DNA of 63,922 nt, the filler included, from Octopus bimaculoides (taxonomy: Eukaryota), in NCBI RefSeq assembly GCF_001194135.2. It is 11 parts of 10 records of this genome, joined end to end, with 100 filler letters (N's around TTAATTAATTAA, not from the genome) between each part and the next. Parts side by side here need not be neighbours in the genome. Positions count along the whole stretch, not along the records: positions 1 to 15,239 come from NC_068994.1; 10 more parts are not named here. One strand, 5' to 3'. This document shows, piece after piece, positions 1-13,058 of this stretch. Numbering within the stretch: position 1 is the first letter of the stretch; each line of letters opens with the position of its first letter. The notes beneath the pieces are model-generated. The model had not been told where the DNA came from. It saw only the letters and a list, made by a program, of their open reading frames with translations, and made no database searches. Position numbers and translations under genes: made by a program.

Positions 1-430
1 GGTGGTGGTGGTGGTGGTGGTGGTAGTGGTGGTATTGGTATTGGTAGTGATGGTGGTGGTGGTGATGGTGTTGCCGGTGGTGGCGGTGGTGGTCATTATT
101 GGTGCTGTTGGTAATGATGGTAGCAATGGCATTGCACGTATTGTATTGGAGATGGTAGTGGTTGCGTTGGTATTGGTGGTGTCATTGTGTTGGTAGCGGT
201 AGTTGCGGTAGCAGTAGTGGTGGTAGTGAATTTGATATTTCTTTCGGTATTTGTGAAACTAGTGACTACGCCAGTATTGGTAGTGGCAGTGTTGGTTGTA
301 GTGGTGATCAGGGGTGGTGTTGGTAGTGGTGGTGTTAAGTGTGGTATTGGTGGTGGTCGTCGTGGTGGTGGCTGTGTTATTTGTGGTGCTTGCGATGTTG
401 TTGTTGTTATTGGTGTCGTTGACATGGATG
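1..430. repeat. (GGT)n-rich low-complexity tract
   Basis: Degenerate GGT/GTA trinucleotides; poly-V/T ORFs are repeat artefacts. Confidence 0.95.
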
Positions 431-462
431 ATTAGTCGTGATACTAACCGAGATGGCTATAT

Positions 463-618
463 ATTGCTTTCAAATTTTGGTACAAGGCCAGCAATTTTGG
501 GGGAGGGGTAAGTCAATGACATCGACTCCACTACTCAGCTGGTACTTATTTTATCGAAGTCAACTCAGGCGGAATCTGAACTCAGAACGTGAAAACGGAC
601 GAAATGCCGCTAAGCATT
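463..618 (-). mobile_element. tRNA-derived SINE, family B (internally deleted)
   Basis: Reverse complement matches the copy at 61790-61975 (aatgcttagcgg..gttctgagttca..ccgcc..gataaaataagtaccag..gtcgat). Confidence 0.85.
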
Positions 619-1040
619 AAATAAATAGAAATAAAATTTTAAAAAAAAGCAAAAGAACCAGCCATTTTTAACGTACTTCGCTTAATTTATAATTAAGCTT
701 TTTTGGTTTTATTCTTGTTGAAATTTATAGATCTTGAACAGTCCTTAATTTCGTCAATCAAAACCGTTAAGAATATCAAAAATACATTTTATGCAAGTAC
801 GACCGATTCAGTAATACATATTTTCATTAATAACTTTTAAGACTTATCGAGTAGCCTTTTTAACAACCTACAATTCTACTAAGCCATTTCTATTACTCCA
901 AATAATTAGCAATGCTTATTAAAACGATGAATACGAGATTTATATGTATTTACAAGCGTCGAACGGCTTTGACTGTAGTATTTTCCTCGGAGACATTTCT
1001 AAGAGTTGCGTGTTGAAAACAAAGAAAACAACATATGAGT

Positions 1041-1089
1041 CATTCAGACACATTGTTTCGGTCTCATTTGGCCTCCTCAGTGACGAATG
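1041..1089 (-). ncRNA. Type I hammerhead ribozyme motif
   Basis: Minus strand: CATTCGTCA-CTGAGGA-GGCC aaatga GACC-GAAAC aatgt GTC-TGAATG; full catalytic core, one stem II mismatch, short bulged stem I. Confidence 0.75.
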
Positions 1090-2344
1090 CCCCCCAGACA
1101 GTCTGAACTAAGCCGAAAAAGATTCGTTCTGAATAAATATTCCTGCTACCGCTATTCTACGTTTGTATATACCTTATAAATGTCATGCACGCACAAGTAT
1201 TTTAATCTGGTGTTTCAAATTTGTATTTCAATTTAACTGGGATTTTACCTTTTTTTTGTGTAACTTTAATTTTGTAAATTTAATTGTTTGTTAAAATCTA
1301 AATCTGATGGTGACAACATTAAAAATAGTTTAAAAAAAAATTTACGTCTCTTTTCTTTAGATTAGTTGAAAGATTGCTTTTAAAAACTAATTGTGTACAA
1401 TTAAAGCCTTGAAAAAAGAATGAAATATTCGGGTTATGCTCCTTCAGCCACGAATAATTGAAAAAAAAGTTTGTTTCTTTGTTACCAAACATAATTCTTC
1501 GATATTCGAAACTTTAAATCAAATATGTTGGGGCAATGAAAATCTTTTTAAAAAATGACATCAATTCGTTAAAATTACTCCTTCTTGCTCACTACAAATT
1601 ATTGAATAAAGTGTTAGATTTTTTTTTAACAAAATAAACTAATGAAAAAGGAACAAGTAGTAATTTAAAGAGGAGGATACTGGCTTTAAATTTTATAGCC
1701 AGCATTGAAAGCATGACTGTCATAAAATTAACTAAATAAACAGATTATTTTACAGTTTGTTCACAGAATCGAGGGTATAAATCCGTCATGGACGACGCGT
1801 TAGATTTCTGACCAAAACTATAACCGACATTGCCTTTCACTTCAACCAGTTCCCTGGAGATCGTTTATGTATTTTAGTATTGTTTATTCGTTTATCTTTT
1901 TTTTTAATTTTATGAATTAATTACAGGAAGAAGTGGGGGTGTTACATAACTTATAGAGTAATAACAGCGTTAAACAGACAAATCTAGATGTCTCGATTAC
2001 TGCATATTCGAATACTGCTACTACTTCCAGTTATATGCGGTCGGTAGTTTTACGTAAAAATTTTATTCGAATAGTAATTCTGTTCACTGCTGTGTAAAGT
2101 ACGTTTGAAAATAATACGGCACTGTATACTTAAGGGCAGCCCTAATGGCCTTTGTGTAGGAATTCTGAAACTAGCGGGAGGAGTAACCGGAAGGAAGGAA
2201 CCACAACTAACAGAGAGCAAAACATTGGCATCATCATTTATCCAGGTCAAAATGCTAGCAGCGTAGTGAACTTTGCTACATGTAGAAATTGAAGGGGTTA
2301 CATGGTGATGAATAACCGGGCTAGAAATAGAAGTCAAAATTTCC

Positions 2345-2480
2345 TTTAAAAAACATTGTTTTTAAAAAATAGAAGATACACTGGATAATTGCAGTCCTAG
2401 ACGCCTGAAGAAAAAGATGTGCTGGTTATGATTGGATGGCCTTTGACTCCTAGATCTGCCCGATCAGGTTTGATCTTAAG
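2345..2480 (+). mobile_element. Fragment of interspersed repeat family E
   Basis: Similar to copies at 15740-16270 and 60130-60360 (..ggataat..gtcctag..gatggtcatg..). Confidence 0.5.
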
Positions 2481-3251
2481 CAGGGGTTCTCAATCAGGAT
2501 CTATATGATCCTTGGGAGAAGGGTCCATATGGCTTTTGGTGGTGGTGGTGGTGGTGGTGTTGGTGGGTCTAGATAAGATTTTGCTATTAAGATTTATGTG
2601 CCATAAATTGCTTATAATTTTACAATACAGTAATTCCTCAACNNNNNNNNNNNNNNNNNNNNNNNNNNNNNNNNNNNNNNNNNNNNNNNNNNNNNNNNNN
2701 NNNNNNNNNNNNNNNNNNNNNNNNNNNNNNNNNNNNNNNNNNNNNNNNNNNNNNNNNNNNNNNNNNNNNNNNNNNNNNNNNNNNNNNNNNNNNNNNNNNN
2801 NNNNNNNNNNNNNNNNNNNNNNNNNNNNNNNNNNNNNNNNNNNNNNNNNNNNNNNNNNNNNNNNNNNNNNNNNNNNNNNNNNNNNNNNNNNNNNNNNNNN
2901 NNNNNNNNNNNNNNNNNNNNNNNNNNNNNNNNNNNNNNNNNNNNNNNNNNNNNNNNNNNNNNNNNNNNNNNNNNNNNNNNNNNNNNNNNNNNNNNNNNNN
3001 NNNNNNNNNNNNNNNNNNNNNNNNNNNNNNNNNNNNNNNNNNNNNNNNNNNNNNNNNNNNNNNNNNNNNNNNNNNNNNNNNNNNNNNNNNNNNNNNNNNN
3101 NNNNNNNNNNNNNNNNNNNNNNNNNNNNNNNNNNNNNNNNNNNNNNNNNNNNNNNNNNNNNNNNNNNNNNNNNNNNNNNNNNNNNNNNNNNNNNNNNNNN
3201 NNNNNNNNNNNNNNNNNNNNNNNNNNNNNNNNNNNNNNNNNNNNNNNNNNN

Positions 3252-3450
3252 NGTGTTTGTCCCCCCACCATCACTTGACGACCGATGTTGGTGTATTTAC
3301 GTCCCCGTAACTTAGCGGCTCGGCAAAAGGGATGATAGAATAAGTACTAGGCTTACAAAGAATAAGTCCTGGGGTCGATTTGTTCGACTAAAGGCGGTGC
3401 TCCAGCATGGCTGCAGTCAAATGACTGAAACAAATATAAGAATAAAAGAA
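3252..3450 (+). mobile_element. SINE family A, 3' half
   Basis: gtttgtcccccc..gcttgac..cgtccccgtaacttagcgg..aagtactaggcttacaaagaataagtcctggggtcgat..gcagtcaaatgactgaaac, recurring over 10 times in the window. Confidence 0.9.
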
Positions 3451-3779
3451 TATATGCTTACTCCTTAAATATTTCCTTCCCCCCCTTTTATTTTTGATTT
3501 TTATTACCCTGAATCACACAAGGGGTCAGAGAGGGGGTTTGAAAAGAAGGGGCTTGCAATGGAATGCAGAACTGGTGTCGCTACATTACCTCACCAGATT
3601 TGCTAAACAATTTTACATTGCACGCACGTATGCATCGGAATTCAATTGTTTTTTTAATTATTTTTATTTTTATCATATCTACCGTTTGGAGATGACAATA
3701 TATATCTACACACACACACACACACATATATATTTCGATGCGAATATATATATGTGTGTGTGTGTGTGAGTGTGTGTGT

Positions 3780-3817
<38 letters not shown>

Positions 3818-4868
3818 GTGTGTTTGTGTGTGTGTGGCAATCGAAAAATATCACAAGCAATAAAGATAAAATGAATCAACAAAAATACAGATAAATAAAT
3901 ACATAAATAAATGGTTGAAGTATTTGTAACCACGGCAACAGTTGGGCGAAGGCGGGCGGTAAAGTTACTTTGGTGCCATTAGGAACTGTTGAATGTATAA
4001 TTGGAATCGATTTATTGCGTTGAAAACAAGTCGTAGGGTTCTTTACATGATTCATTACATACATACACACACGTACATATACACAGATACATACAAACAT
4101 ACACATATATATATATGTATGTAATAGTGCATATATGAATGCATGTGTATATGTATGTATGTATGTATGTGTTGGATTAAATACATGACTTTGTTCGAGT
4201 CTGATCTTTATTTATTAAGTATGTTTCGTATTACCTTCGAAGCTGTTCAAATCTACCAAATATTTTAGGAATTGAAAAACTAAAAAAGATGATTATAATC
4301 CAATGAATCCACTGACTTTCAATGTTATCTCTTGAAATCTTGAGAACGTGATATATCACAGGAGCTTTAAGATATGCACACNNNNNNNNNNNNNNNNNNN
4401 NNNNNNNNNNNNNNNNNNNNNNNNNNNNNNNNNNNNNNNNNNNNNNNNNNNNNNNNNNNNNNNNNNNNNNNNNNNNNNNNNNNNNNNNNNNNNNNNNNNN
4501 NNNNNNNNNNNNNNNNNNNNNNNNNNNNNNNNNNNNNNNNNNNNNNNNNNNNNNNNNNNNNNNNNNNNNNNNNNNNNNNNNNNNNNNNNNNNNNNNNNNN
4601 NNNNNNNNNNNNNNNNNNNNNNNNNNNNNNNNNNNNNNNNNNNNNNNNNNNNNNNNNNNNNNNNNNNNNNNNNNNNNNNNNNNNNNNNNNNNNNNNNNNN
4701 NNNNNNNNNNNNNNNNNNNNNNNNNNNNNNNNNNNNNNNNNNNNNNNNNNNNNNNNNNNNNNNNNNNNNNNNNNNNNNNNNNNNNNNNNNNNNNNNNNNN
4801 NNNNNNNNNNNNNNNNNNNNNNNNNNNNNNNNNNNNNNNNNNNNNNNNNNNNNNNNNNNNNNNNNNNN

Positions 4869-4931
<63 letters not shown>

Positions 4932-5562
4932 ATGCATGTATGCATGTACCCAAACGGAACTTTATTTCACCCTCATCAGGGAAAATTTTTAACAGGTTAG
5001 ATTTTAAACAGTCAACCAGGGCAGAGCCAACGTTTGTTAGGCTAAGACTTTACCTGTTAACGGTAAATTGTATATTATGATGTAATTTTTTACGACTACA
5101 TTAAAAAACGCTGTATCGAAACAGCTGTCGTAAATTCTAAATACCGTTCGTGTTTAATATTTTATACATACGCCACGTCAAGGATCCACTGGTGAGTCGC
5201 ATTGATGGTTGCAAATCGGATTTGACACTTGCATATCTACGATATCTTGCCAGTACTTAGCCATTTTCTGGCGTCTTTCATGTTGATGCACCAAGATTCT
5301 TAAGGAATCTTTCATAGATAGATAGATAGATAGTTAGACGATACAAAGACGGACTGGAAAAACAAGGAGGGTCATTCGTGGCCTTTTTAAATTTGAACAG
5401 TCACAAGTGTAACCGGCCGAAACTGTAAGGATAATCTGGAAACTTGACTGAGGAGAGAAGGCCACGAATGACCCGTACTTGTTTTTCCTTGTCCATCTTT
5501 GTATCGTGTATCTGTCCGGGTGTTTTATTGTCGTGTTGCGTTCTTGTTCCATTTTTTGGATT

Positions 5563-5649
<87 letters not shown>

Positions 5650-6631
5650 NNNNNNNNNNNNNNNNNNNNNNNNNNNNNNNNNNNNNNNNNNNNNNNNNNN
5701 NNNNNNNNNNNNNNNNNNNNNNNNNNNNNNNNNNNNNNNNNNNNNCAGATGTGTCTCGTTGGCTGATAAATAGATACAAATCGTTAAAATGACTGTTTCG
5801 CAATGTAACTTTCCGTTTTGTAGAGAGAAAAGCAACCAGACGGAGGAAACATTTTCATTTATATCGAAGATCAAGAATAAAATCACAGATGGCAAAAAGA
5901 GAAACGAACATGCAATCCAGCGAGGAAAGTATCAAAAATAACCGTTGACAGATATACATACATACATACATACATATAAGGGAAGTATTTTAATCATCAT
6001 TACCATCACCTCCCAGCTACTCTCGTATATATGAGTGTGTGTGTGTGTCCGTGTGTCCTACTATTACTACTCCTCTCCCGTGCTACTATTATCCAAAACT
6101 TTTAAATATTCTCATCGAAGCCCTTTTATATTCTCATTCTGATTCATTTATTTTTGTATGTTTTTGTTTTCTATTTTGAAGTGTTATAAAAGGTTTTTTT
6201 CTGTTGTTTTTTTTTCTCTCGTTATATTGGGTGAGATGGTGGTGTTGGTGGTGGTAGGGGGCCGACAATGTGCAGGAATGCAGAATCGGTGTCGCTGCAT
6301 TAGCTCAGCAGCTCAACAGTTTATATGAACTTTCTTGTGTTGTGTTGTGTTGTTTTTGTTGTTATACACGCTGTATGCATTCGGAACGTTCGTGATTGGA
6401 GAGATGATGTATTGTCCAGGAAACTCGTGCACACTCACTCATGCATACGCATGCACATACATGCGCGCGCGAGCAAACGCACGCACACAAACACACGCAC
6501 ACACAAACACACGCACACGCACGCATATACGCACGTACTCGCACAATAACGCACGTACACTTACACATATATGTATTCATATGTATATTTTGTATGTATG
6601 TATATACATATGTATGTATAAACATAATGCG

Positions 6632-6662
<31 letters not shown>

Positions 6663-6754
6663 TTACATACGTATATGTGTATATATATATATATATGTAT
6701 ATATGCGTTTATATATATGTATATATGTAGGGCACATATAACGATCAATGGACC

Positions 6755-6865
6755 GATAGAATAAGTATTAGGCTTACAAAGAATACGTCCTGGGGTCGAT
6801 TCGTTCGACTGAAGGCGGTGCTCCAGCATGGCTGCAGTCAAATACCTGAAAGAAGTAAAATAAAA
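6755..6865 (+). mobile_element. SINE family A, 3' end
   Basis: Matches 3330-3450. Confidence 0.85.
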
Positions 6866-6894
6866 AAAGCAATTAATTAATTGAAAAAAAAATT

Positions 6895-7175
6895 CACCTG
6901 GCTTATTGGCTAGGGTATTCGGTTCGTGATCGTGAGGTTCTGAGTTCGATTCCTAGCGGTGCGTTGTGTCCTTGAGCAAGGCACGTTATTTCACACTGCT
7001 CCAGTCCACTCAGCTGAGTGAAATGAGTAGTACCTGTATTTCAAAGAACTATCCATGTCAAATTCTGTGTCACGCTGAATCTCTCTGGCAGGTGTGTCTG
7101 TGGAGTGCTCATCCACCACGAGCAGGCTGTTCCGTTGATCAGATCAACTGGAACCCTCGTTGTCGTGACCGCCAG
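6895..7175 (+). mobile_element. tRNA-derived SINE, family D
   Basis: A/B-box-like head (tggctagggt..gagttcgattcc), body shared with 58150-58360. Confidence 0.8.
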
Positions 7176-7298
7176 TTTGCAACGAACAGTAATCGTTGGC
7201 TTGATTGCTTTGCGATAATCGCTTCGAATCTCTGCGCTCTGTGTTCAAATTTTGCCGAGGTCAACATGGTCTTTCCTCCTTTCAGGGTCGATAAATAA

Positions 7299-7332
7299 TA
7301 CTGTTCTATATTCTAGAGATGAGGAATTATGT
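7299..7332 (-). mobile_element. Isolated 3' terminus of the tRNA-HHR Penelope-like repeat
   Basis: ctgttctatattctagagatgaggaattatgt matches the element end at 58634-58665 and 21228-21260. Confidence 0.6.
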
Positions 7333-8057
7333 GGTGGCAATGGTGGAAGAAGTGGTGGCGTTGGTGGTGGGGATGAACTTTAGTGGTGGGGGTGCCAGTG
7401 GTGACTCGAATGATGGAAGCGGGGGAGGGAATGATTTGGAGATGATGGTGATGGCGGTGGTAGTGATAGTGGTGAGGTGGTAGCGGTGTTGGTGATAGTG
7501 GTAGTGGCAGTAATAATAGTGATAGTAGAGATGGTGGTGGTGGTGGTGGTGTAGTAATGCTGGTGGTACAGGACGTGGTATAGGTGGTGGTGAAGAGTTG
7601 TTCTTGATGCTGCTGGTGGTTGTGATAATGGTGGTTTTTGTCGTTGGTGGTGGTTGTAGTGGTGGTGGTTGTAGTGGTGGTGGTTATAGTGGTGATGGTT
7701 ATAGTGGTGGTGGTTGTAGTGGTGATGATTGTAGTGGTGATGGTTATAGTGGTGATGGTTATAGTGGTGGTGGTTGTAGTGGTGGTGGTTGTAGTGATGA
7801 TGATTTTAGTGGTGATGGTTATGGTGGTGGTGGTTGTAGTGGTGATGACTGTAGTGGTGGTGGTAATTCTAGTTGTGGTGGTTGTAGTGGTGGTGGTAGT
7901 TCTAGTGATGGTGGTTGTAGTGGTGGTGGTGGTTCTAGTGGTGGTAGTGGTAGTGGTGGTGGTTGTAGTTGTGGTGCTTGTAGTGGTGGTGGTTGTAGCG
8001 GTGATGGTTGTAGTTGTGGTAGTTATAGTGGTGATGGTGGTTCTAGAGGTGGAGGTG
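7333..8057. repeat. GGT-rich low complexity with a 15-bp unit (agtggtggtggttgt)
   Basis: Tandem 15-mers at about 7650-7860; the Gly/Ser/Cys ORF is an artefact. Confidence 0.9.
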
Positions 8058-8949
8058 NNNNNNNNNNNNNNNNNNNNNNNNNNNNNNNNNNNNNNNNNNN
8101 NNNNNNNNNNNNNNNNNNNNNNNNNNNNNNNNNNNNNNNNNNNNNNNNNNNNNNNNNNNNNNNNNNNNNNNNNNNNNNNNNNNNNNNNNNNNNNNNNNNN
8201 NNNNNNNNNNNNNNNNNNNNNNNNNNNNNNNNNNNNNNNNNNNNNNNNNNNNNNNNNNNNNNNNNNNNNNNNNNNNNNNNNNNNNNNNNNNNNNNNNNNN
8301 NNNNNNNNNNNNNNNNNNNNNNNNNNNNNNNNNNNNNNNNNNNNNNNNNNNNNNNNNNNNNNNNNNNNNNNNNNNNNNNNNNNNNNNNNNNNNNNNNNNN
8401 NNNNNNNNNNNNNNNNNNNNNNNNNNNNNNNNNNNNNNNNNNNNNNNNNNNNNNNNNNNNNNNNNNNNNNNNNNNNNNNNNNNNNNNNNNNNNNNNNNNN
8501 NNNNNNNNNNNNNNNNNNNNNNNNNNNNNNNNNNNNNNNNNNNNNNNNNNNNNNNNNNNNNNNNNNNNNNNNNNNNNNNNNNNNNNNNNNNNNNNNNNNN
8601 NNNNNNNNNNNNNNNNNNNNNNNNNNNNNNNNNNNNNNNNNNNNNNNATTCAGTGGGGGGGAATGGGGTGTGGTGTGGTCACCAAGTCGGTGACGAATGG
8701 GGGAAGGGAGGAGACGTGGGGGTTAGGGTTAGCTGCGGAAGTCAGTGTTAGCGGTGGTTAGGGATAAGGGAACGGGGGTTAGGGTTGGGCTTGAACGGTT
8801 CCACATTCCACATGATACAGCGCCGACCGAAGTTCTGCTGATTCATCATGTGACAATGAAATTGAGGTGATGAGGCATGACGTCACGCAACGTGTCGCGT
8901 TACCTTTGTGCCTCTAATCTAAACCCACTTCTTTGGGAAAATCCCTTCC

Positions 8950-8960
8950 CTACATCATCC

Positions 8961-8998
<38 letters not shown>

Positions 8999-9098
8999 GC
9001 CGTCATCATTATCATCATCATCATCATCATCGTCATCATCATCATCATCATCATCGCCGTCATCATTATCATCATCATCATCATCGTCATCATCATCA

Positions 9099-9129
<31 letters not shown>

Positions 9130-9567
9130 CGTCGTCATCGTCGTCATCGTCAACATCATCACCTTCATCTTCATCCTCCTCCCTTCAACCTCCTCCACCT
9201 CATCATCATCATTACCACCTTCAATATCGTCATCGTCGTCGTCATCATCACCACAATCATCATCATCATCATCATCATCGTTATCGTCATCACCACCACC
9301 TTCGCGAACAACAACAACAACAACAACAACAAGTAGACTAAACCAATACTATATCCATTTATCTACATCCGTCATCATTAACATCAAAGCGCTGACAGAC
9401 TGTACCACTACTACCGCACTTCACCACTCGTTCCGCCTTTTTTACCACCACCAATACCACCACCATCACCACCACCATCTTCATCATCATCATCGCATTT
9501 ATCCCTTTTAAAACCGCCATATTTATTACCACCTTTACCACCATCTTCATATACTACCACCACCACC

Positions 9568-9599
<32 letters not shown>

Positions 9600-10024
9600 C
9601 ACTACCACTATCCACCACTATCCACCACTTCAACGGCAACCGTCGCCAAAACAATTATACAGATACACACAAATGGTTGGCGGCAATGAAAGATTTTAAT
9701 GAATGAAACGAGCGAACGACAGAATGAATGACTCAGCGCAGCATTTTCAACTATTCATTCACCTGTCCAACCCACTTCACGCCTCATCCAATCCCCATAG
9801 CAAGCCTCCCATCACCACCACCACTACCACCACCCGCCTCTATATCCCCGTGCCGACCCTTCTCAACGAATGGGAGGTGGAGAAGGGGTGGGACATTTTT
9901 TTTTTCCAAGGACGCGGTGCTATCTTGGGGCACCTTAGCGACACCAGTTCCGCATTCCACAAGTTCCACACAGGTGAGAATCACCACCACCACTACCACC
10001 ACCACTAACACTGTTATTAATACA

Positions 10025-10061
<37 letters not shown>

Positions 10062-10174
10062 GTTACTGCATCTTGCTCCCCCACTCTCATTACCATCACA
10101 AGAACCGCCATCATCTTCATCAGCCACCATCATCATCACCACCACAACCGTTATTAATACATACTACTACCACC

Positions 10175-10237
<63 letters not shown>

Positions 10238-10288
10238 GTTAGTAGTAGTAACAGTACTCCCCCACTTATTATTATCACAAGAACCGCA
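8950..10288. repeat. (CAT)n/(CAC)n/(TAC)n microsatellite cluster with a local tandem duplication
   Basis: Pure trinucleotide runs; about 10010-10110 is duplicated at about 10150-10288. Confidence 0.9.
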
Positions 10289-10625
10289 NNNNNNNNNNNN
10301 NNNNNNNNNNNNNNNNNNNNNNNNNNNNNNNNNNNNNNNNNNNNNNNNNNNNNNNNNNNNNNNNNNNNNNNNNNNNNNNNNNNNNNNNNNNNNNNNNNNN
10401 NNNNNNNNNNNNNNNNNNNNNNNNNNNNNNNNNNNNNNNNNNNNNNNNNNNNNNNNNNNNNNNNNNNNNNNNNNNNNNNNNNNNNNNNNNNNNNNNNNNN
10501 NNNNNNNNNNNNNNNNNNNNNNNNNNNNNNNNNNNNNNNNNNNNNNNNAAAAGAGGTAACAACAATAAACAATAATTTCATTTGATATATATAATTCCTA
10601 TGAATTCATTAAGTCATATTAATTA

Positions 10626-10890
10626 TACTTAATTAAAAATTAAATTTTGCCGAACCGCTTAATTACAGGGACGTAAACACAGCAGCATCGGTTGTCAAGC
10701 GATGTTGGGGGAACAAGCACAGACACACAAACATATACATATAAATATATACGACGGGCTTCTTTCAGTTTCTGTCTACCAAATCCACTCACAAGGCTTT
10801 GGTCGGCCCGAGGCTATAGTAGAAGACACTTGCCCAAGGTGCCACGCAGTGGGACTGAACCCGGAACCATGTTGTTTTGGTAAGCAAGCT
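10626..10890 (-). mobile_element. SINE family A (5' head plus internal microsatellite)
   Basis: Reverse complement of the tRNA-like head (ggttccgggttcagtccc) and body. Confidence 0.9.
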
Positions 10891-12574
10891 ACACACACAC
10901 ATACACACACGCACACACACAAAAACACATACACCAATTTATGAAAGGCAATTAATTTTTTAATATCATAATCCTAAATCCGCTTTGTTAATCTCATCTA
11001 CACTGTTATAATTAATTATCGTGTTTAATTATTTCTAAATAGATTAAAGGATTAATTTCTATATACTTGTTAAAGAAAAGTGATTTATCTGAACGCATAA
11101 AAGGAGACAACATGCGCGCTACACATTCGCACAAATAGGCACGCGCATTAACAAACTCACACACACACNNNNNNNNNNNNNNNNNNNNNNNNNNNNNNNN
11201 NNNNNNNNNNNNNNNNNNNNNNNNNNNNNNNNNNNNNNNNNNNNNNNNNNNNNNNNNNNNNNNNNNNNNNNNNNNNNNNNNNNNNNNNNNNNNNNNNNNN
11301 NNNNNNNNNNNNNNNNNNNNNNNNNNNNNNNNNNNNNNNNNNNNNNNNNNNNNNNNNNNNNNNNNNNNNNNNNNNNNNNNNNNNNNNNNNNNNNNNNNNN
11401 NNNNNNNNNNNNNNNNNNNNNNNNNNNNNNNNNNNNNNNNNNNNNNNNNNNNNNNNNNNNNNNNNNNNNNNNNNNNNNNNNNNNNNNNNNNNNNNNNNNN
11501 NNNNNNNNNNNNNNNNNNNNNNNNNNNNNNNNNNNNNNNNNNNNNNNNNNNNNNNNNNNNNNNNNNNNNNNNNNNNNNNNNNNNNNNNNNNNNNNNNNNN
11601 NNNNNNNNNNNNNNNNNNNNNNNNNNNNNNNNNNNNNNNNNNNNNNNNNNNNNNNNNNNNNNNNNNNNNNNNNNNNNNNNNNNNNNNNNNNNNNNNNNNN
11701 NNNNNNNNNNNNNNNNNNNNNNNNNNNNNNNNNNNNNNNNNNNNNNNNNNNNNNNNNNNNNNNNNNNNNNNNNNNNNNNNNNNNNNNNNNNNNNNNNNNN
11801 NNNNNNNNNNNNNNNNNNNNNNNNNNNNNNNNNNNNNNNNNNNNNNNNNNNNNNNNNNNNNNNNNTGTTGTTGTAGTGGTGGTTATGGTGGTTTTGGTGG
11901 AGGTGGCAGTGGTTGAGATGAAGATGATGTTGGTGGTGGTGGTGGTATTGGTGGTTGGGGTTGGAGTAAATCGTGATACAGTGTTGATGGTGTTAATGCT
12001 AATATTGATGCTGGTGGTGGTGATGCTGGGCCTTGTGTTGTTGCGGGGGCGGGGGCGGGGGAAAGAGATCAACATGTGTCAGACATTTTGGTGGAGGAGC
12101 GACACCAGATCGACATTCCAATGTCAGATATTTGTTGCTATTATTGTCGTTGTGATTGTTGATGTTGTTGTTGTTGCTGTTGATGATGACGAACTTGTTT
12201 GTAAATCTATTCAACAAACAAACAAACATGAGCTCTTTCATCTTATTCACCAGTTTCCTCATGTCCCCACCCCCGCTGCAACCCAGTAAACCACTTGCTT
12301 ACTTCGTGTTTAAAAACTACAGGATTTAGACGAGGGCCGAGATCAGAACCATGCTGATCATAACGATGATGATCGTCAAGAGAGGAGGATGAAGAAGAGG
12401 AGGGGAGGAGGAGGAGGTGAAGAAGAGCGGGAGAGGGTGCTGTTGATGATAAACCATAATTTTATAACGATGGCAAAGTATCATAATGGTTTACAAAGCC
12501 GGCGACGAGGATTCACCTCTACAAAAAAAAATATACATATAAAACCGATTAAGTCACTGGCAAAATACAATCAT

Positions 12575-12622
<48 letters not shown>

Positions 12623-13002
12623 TATATATATATATATATATTTATTACATCATGCATGCGCAAATATTTCTGTATATATAACAGTTATTACATAAGAGAT
12701 TCTTTTACTAGATTCATCTCGAGAGCTGCGGCCACATACGTACATACATACATACATACCTGTCTCTCTTTCTTTCTCTCTCTCTCTCTATTTATTTATC
12801 AATCTATCTATCTATCTGCCTATCTATATATGCACACACACACGCACATATAAATAAATATATATATATATATATATGCATGTATGTAAATATATGTGCG
12901 TGCGTGCGTGTGTGTGTTTACTTATATTTTAAGCCTAAACAAGGCAAATTATTGAAATTAATAATACAGTCAATGGTTTGTACTTTTACCTTAAATATTA
13001 AG

Positions 13003-13058
13003 CTGGAGGGTAACTTTCTTGGTGCAATCCTATGGTCTTCCATAACCGAAGGGGTCAC
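13003..13058 (+). mobile_element. SINE family C, 3' end fragment
   Basis: ggagggtaactttct overlaps the end of the copy at 27375-27670. Confidence 0.5.

Noticed and set aside
2480-2530. CAGGGGTTCTCAA hAT-like terminus
   Set aside because: No partner TIR visible; too short to support an element call.
5085-5130. GAAACAGCTGTC with a tttac/gtaaa stem, HHR-like
   Set aside because: The CTGANGA half of the core is absent; at most a dead relic.
7598-8761. Gly/Ser/Cys-rich 387-aa ORF resembling a structural protein
   Set aside because: Derived from GGT repeats plus an N gap; the other frame is poly-Val.
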